NCBI GenBank assembly: GCA_963823555.1 | Contig: CAWGMA010000001.1 | Coordinates: forward strand, 1,728,001 to 1,792,000 | Direction of reading: 5' to 3' | DNA: 64,000 nt | Source of the DNA: Candidatus Eiseniibacteriota bacterium | GTDB lineage: Bacteria; Eisenbacteria; RBG-16-71-46; CAVPCR01 | Shown here: positions 62,695-64,000 of the stretch, piece after piece | Position numbering within the stretch: the stretch's first letter is position 1 | Layout of the letters: every line of letters begins with the position of its first letter | Program-made: the position numbers and the translations under genes | Notes under the pieces: generated by a model | The model's input: the letters and a program-made list of their open reading frames with translations, nothing else | The model's database searches: none | What the model was told of the DNA's origin: nothing

Positions 62695-63952
62695 AAGCTC
62701 CCGCCCTCCTCACCGCGCAGGATCCCAACCCGAGGCTCTCCTCCCGGTCGACGTGGCGCGCGAGCGCATGCTCGCCGCGGTGCCGATCCTCGCGGAGGAG
62801 ACCGCAGCGCTCGAGAACCTGCGCGGGCAGGTCCTGGCCGTCGACATCCTGGCCGCGGAGGACATCCCGGCATTCGCGAATTCGGCCATGGATGGTTACG
62901 CGGTTCGCGCTGCGGACCTCGCCGGAGCCAGCCGCGATCGCCCGGGCCGGCTTCGCGTCCGTGCGTTCGTGCCGGCCGGCACCGTGCCTGAGCGGAAGGT
63001 CGTGAGCGGTGAAGCGGCTCGCATCATGACCGGCGCCATGCTTCCCGCTGGAGCCGATGCCGTCGTCATGATCGAGGAGACCGACGGGGGCACTGAAGAG
63101 GTCGCCGTCTACCGGTCCGTCAGGAACGGCGAGAACATCCGCCCGCGCGGCGAGGCGGCCCAGCGGGGTGAGGTCGTGATCCCGCGCGGCACCGAGATCG
63201 GTGCGGCGGAGACGGCCATGCTGGCCGCGCTCGGTCACACCTCGGCACGGGTCATCCGCCGCCCGCGAGTGGCGCTCCTGTCAACCGGCGACGAGCTCGT
63301 CCCGCCCGACCGCACACCGGCGCCCGGCCAGATCCGGGATTCGAATCGCTACGGCTTGCTCGCTCTCGTCGCCGCTCTGGGCGCGATCCCGGTCGATCTG
63401 GGGCTCGTCGGCGATGACGCGGCGGAGATCCACGCTCGAGTCGCGCAAGGGCTCGAGATCGCGGACTGTCTCGTCACCTCCGGCGGCGTATCGGTGGGCG
63501 ACGTCGATCTCACCAAGCGAGTGCTGGCCGAGTTCGGCGCGATCCACTCGTACCGCGTGGCCATGAAACCAGGCATGCCGCAGTCGTTCGGGCTGGCAGG
63601 AGGGAAGCCGGTGTTCGGACTTCCCGGGAATCCGGTGTCGTCACTGGTCGTTTTCGACCAGTTCGTGCGCCCGGCTCTCCTCAAGATGGCGGGACACACC
63701 CGTCTGTTCCGCCCGCGGCTCCAGGCGATGGCTGCGGAAGACATGCGCAAGCCGGCCGGCAAGACGCATTTTCTACGCGGCATCGTCGAAGATCGCTCCG
63801 GGACCCTGTGGGTGCGCCTCGCCGGGCCGCAGGGCTCCGGCATCCTGCGCTCGCTGGTTCTGGCCAATGCCTTCGTCGTACTCGGACCGGAGATGAAGGC
63901 GGTGTCAGCCGGGACGCCCGTGCCGATCGAGCTTCTCGTCGATCGACTCTAG
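62687..63952 (+). CDS. moeA: Molybdopterin molybdotransferase
   Basis: NSAMDGYA, RIMTGA, STGDEL, IRDSN, TSGGVSVG, MKPG, GLPGNPVS, QGSG. Confidence 0.96.
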   Translation: MSRSSRPPHRAGSQPEALLPVDVARERMLAAVPILAEETAALENLRGQVLAVDILAAEDIPAFANSAMDGYAVRAADLAGASRDRPGRLRVRAFVPAGTVPERKVVSGEAARIMTGAMLPAGADAVVMIEETDGGTEEVAVYRSVRNGENIRPRGEAAQRGEVVIPRGTEIGAAETAMLAALGHTSARVIRRPRVALLSTGDELVPPDRTPAPGQIRDSNRYGLLALVAALGAIPVDLGLVGDDAAEIHARVAQGLEIADCLVTSGGVSVGDVDLTKRVLAEFGAIHSYRVAMKPGMPQSFGLAGGKPVFGLPGNPVSSLVVFDQFVRPALLKMAGHTRLFRPRLQAMAAEDMRKPAGKTHFLRGIVEDRSGTLWVRLAGPQGSGILRSLVLANAFVVLGPEMKAVSAGTPVPIELLVDRL

Positions 63953-64000
63953 GGACGAGCGGCCGCCGCGGACCGGAGCGGGGTGATCGTGATCACGCCC

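Overview
High-GC bacterial chromosomal window. Gene content, a T9SS/FlgD-type C-terminal tail, a C-terminal TWGxIK motif and the 16S 5' variant GCGTGGATTAGGCATGC suggest an FCB-related candidate lineage such as Eisenbacteria/Krumholzibacteria/Latescibacteria (inference). It holds a complete minus-strand rRNA operon (16S-tRNA-Ile-tRNA-Ala-23S-5S), tRNA-Asp and about 50 protein genes. Housekeeping genes include ProDH, RlmI-like, ispH, PBP1A, alr, mazG, tnaA, arfB, pepP, murQ plus a sugar ABC transporter, degP, dnaK and moaA-moaC-mogA-moeA. No CRISPR array, prophage or IS element was seen. The most notable observations are: (1) a 54-aa membrane ORF missing from the ORF track, with an in-frame TGA followed by an fdhF-like SECIS hairpin (candidate selenoprotein); (2) a HisB/IGPD fold that has lost its metal ligands, fused to a ~360-aa R/G/E-rich disordered tail; (3) a sigma-54 promoter with enhancer palindromes driving dnaK-DUF1844-degP, next to a sensor-less enhancer-binding protein; (4) an ExeA-ATPase / RHH-like / two half-CHAD operon; (5) an array of five 16-bp parS-like palindromes; (6) a peptidoglycan-recycling cluster; (7) recurrent leaderless-gene architecture. 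Single-base frameshifts in dnaK and degP are most likely assembly indels. All family calls come from motif recognition by eye, not database searches.
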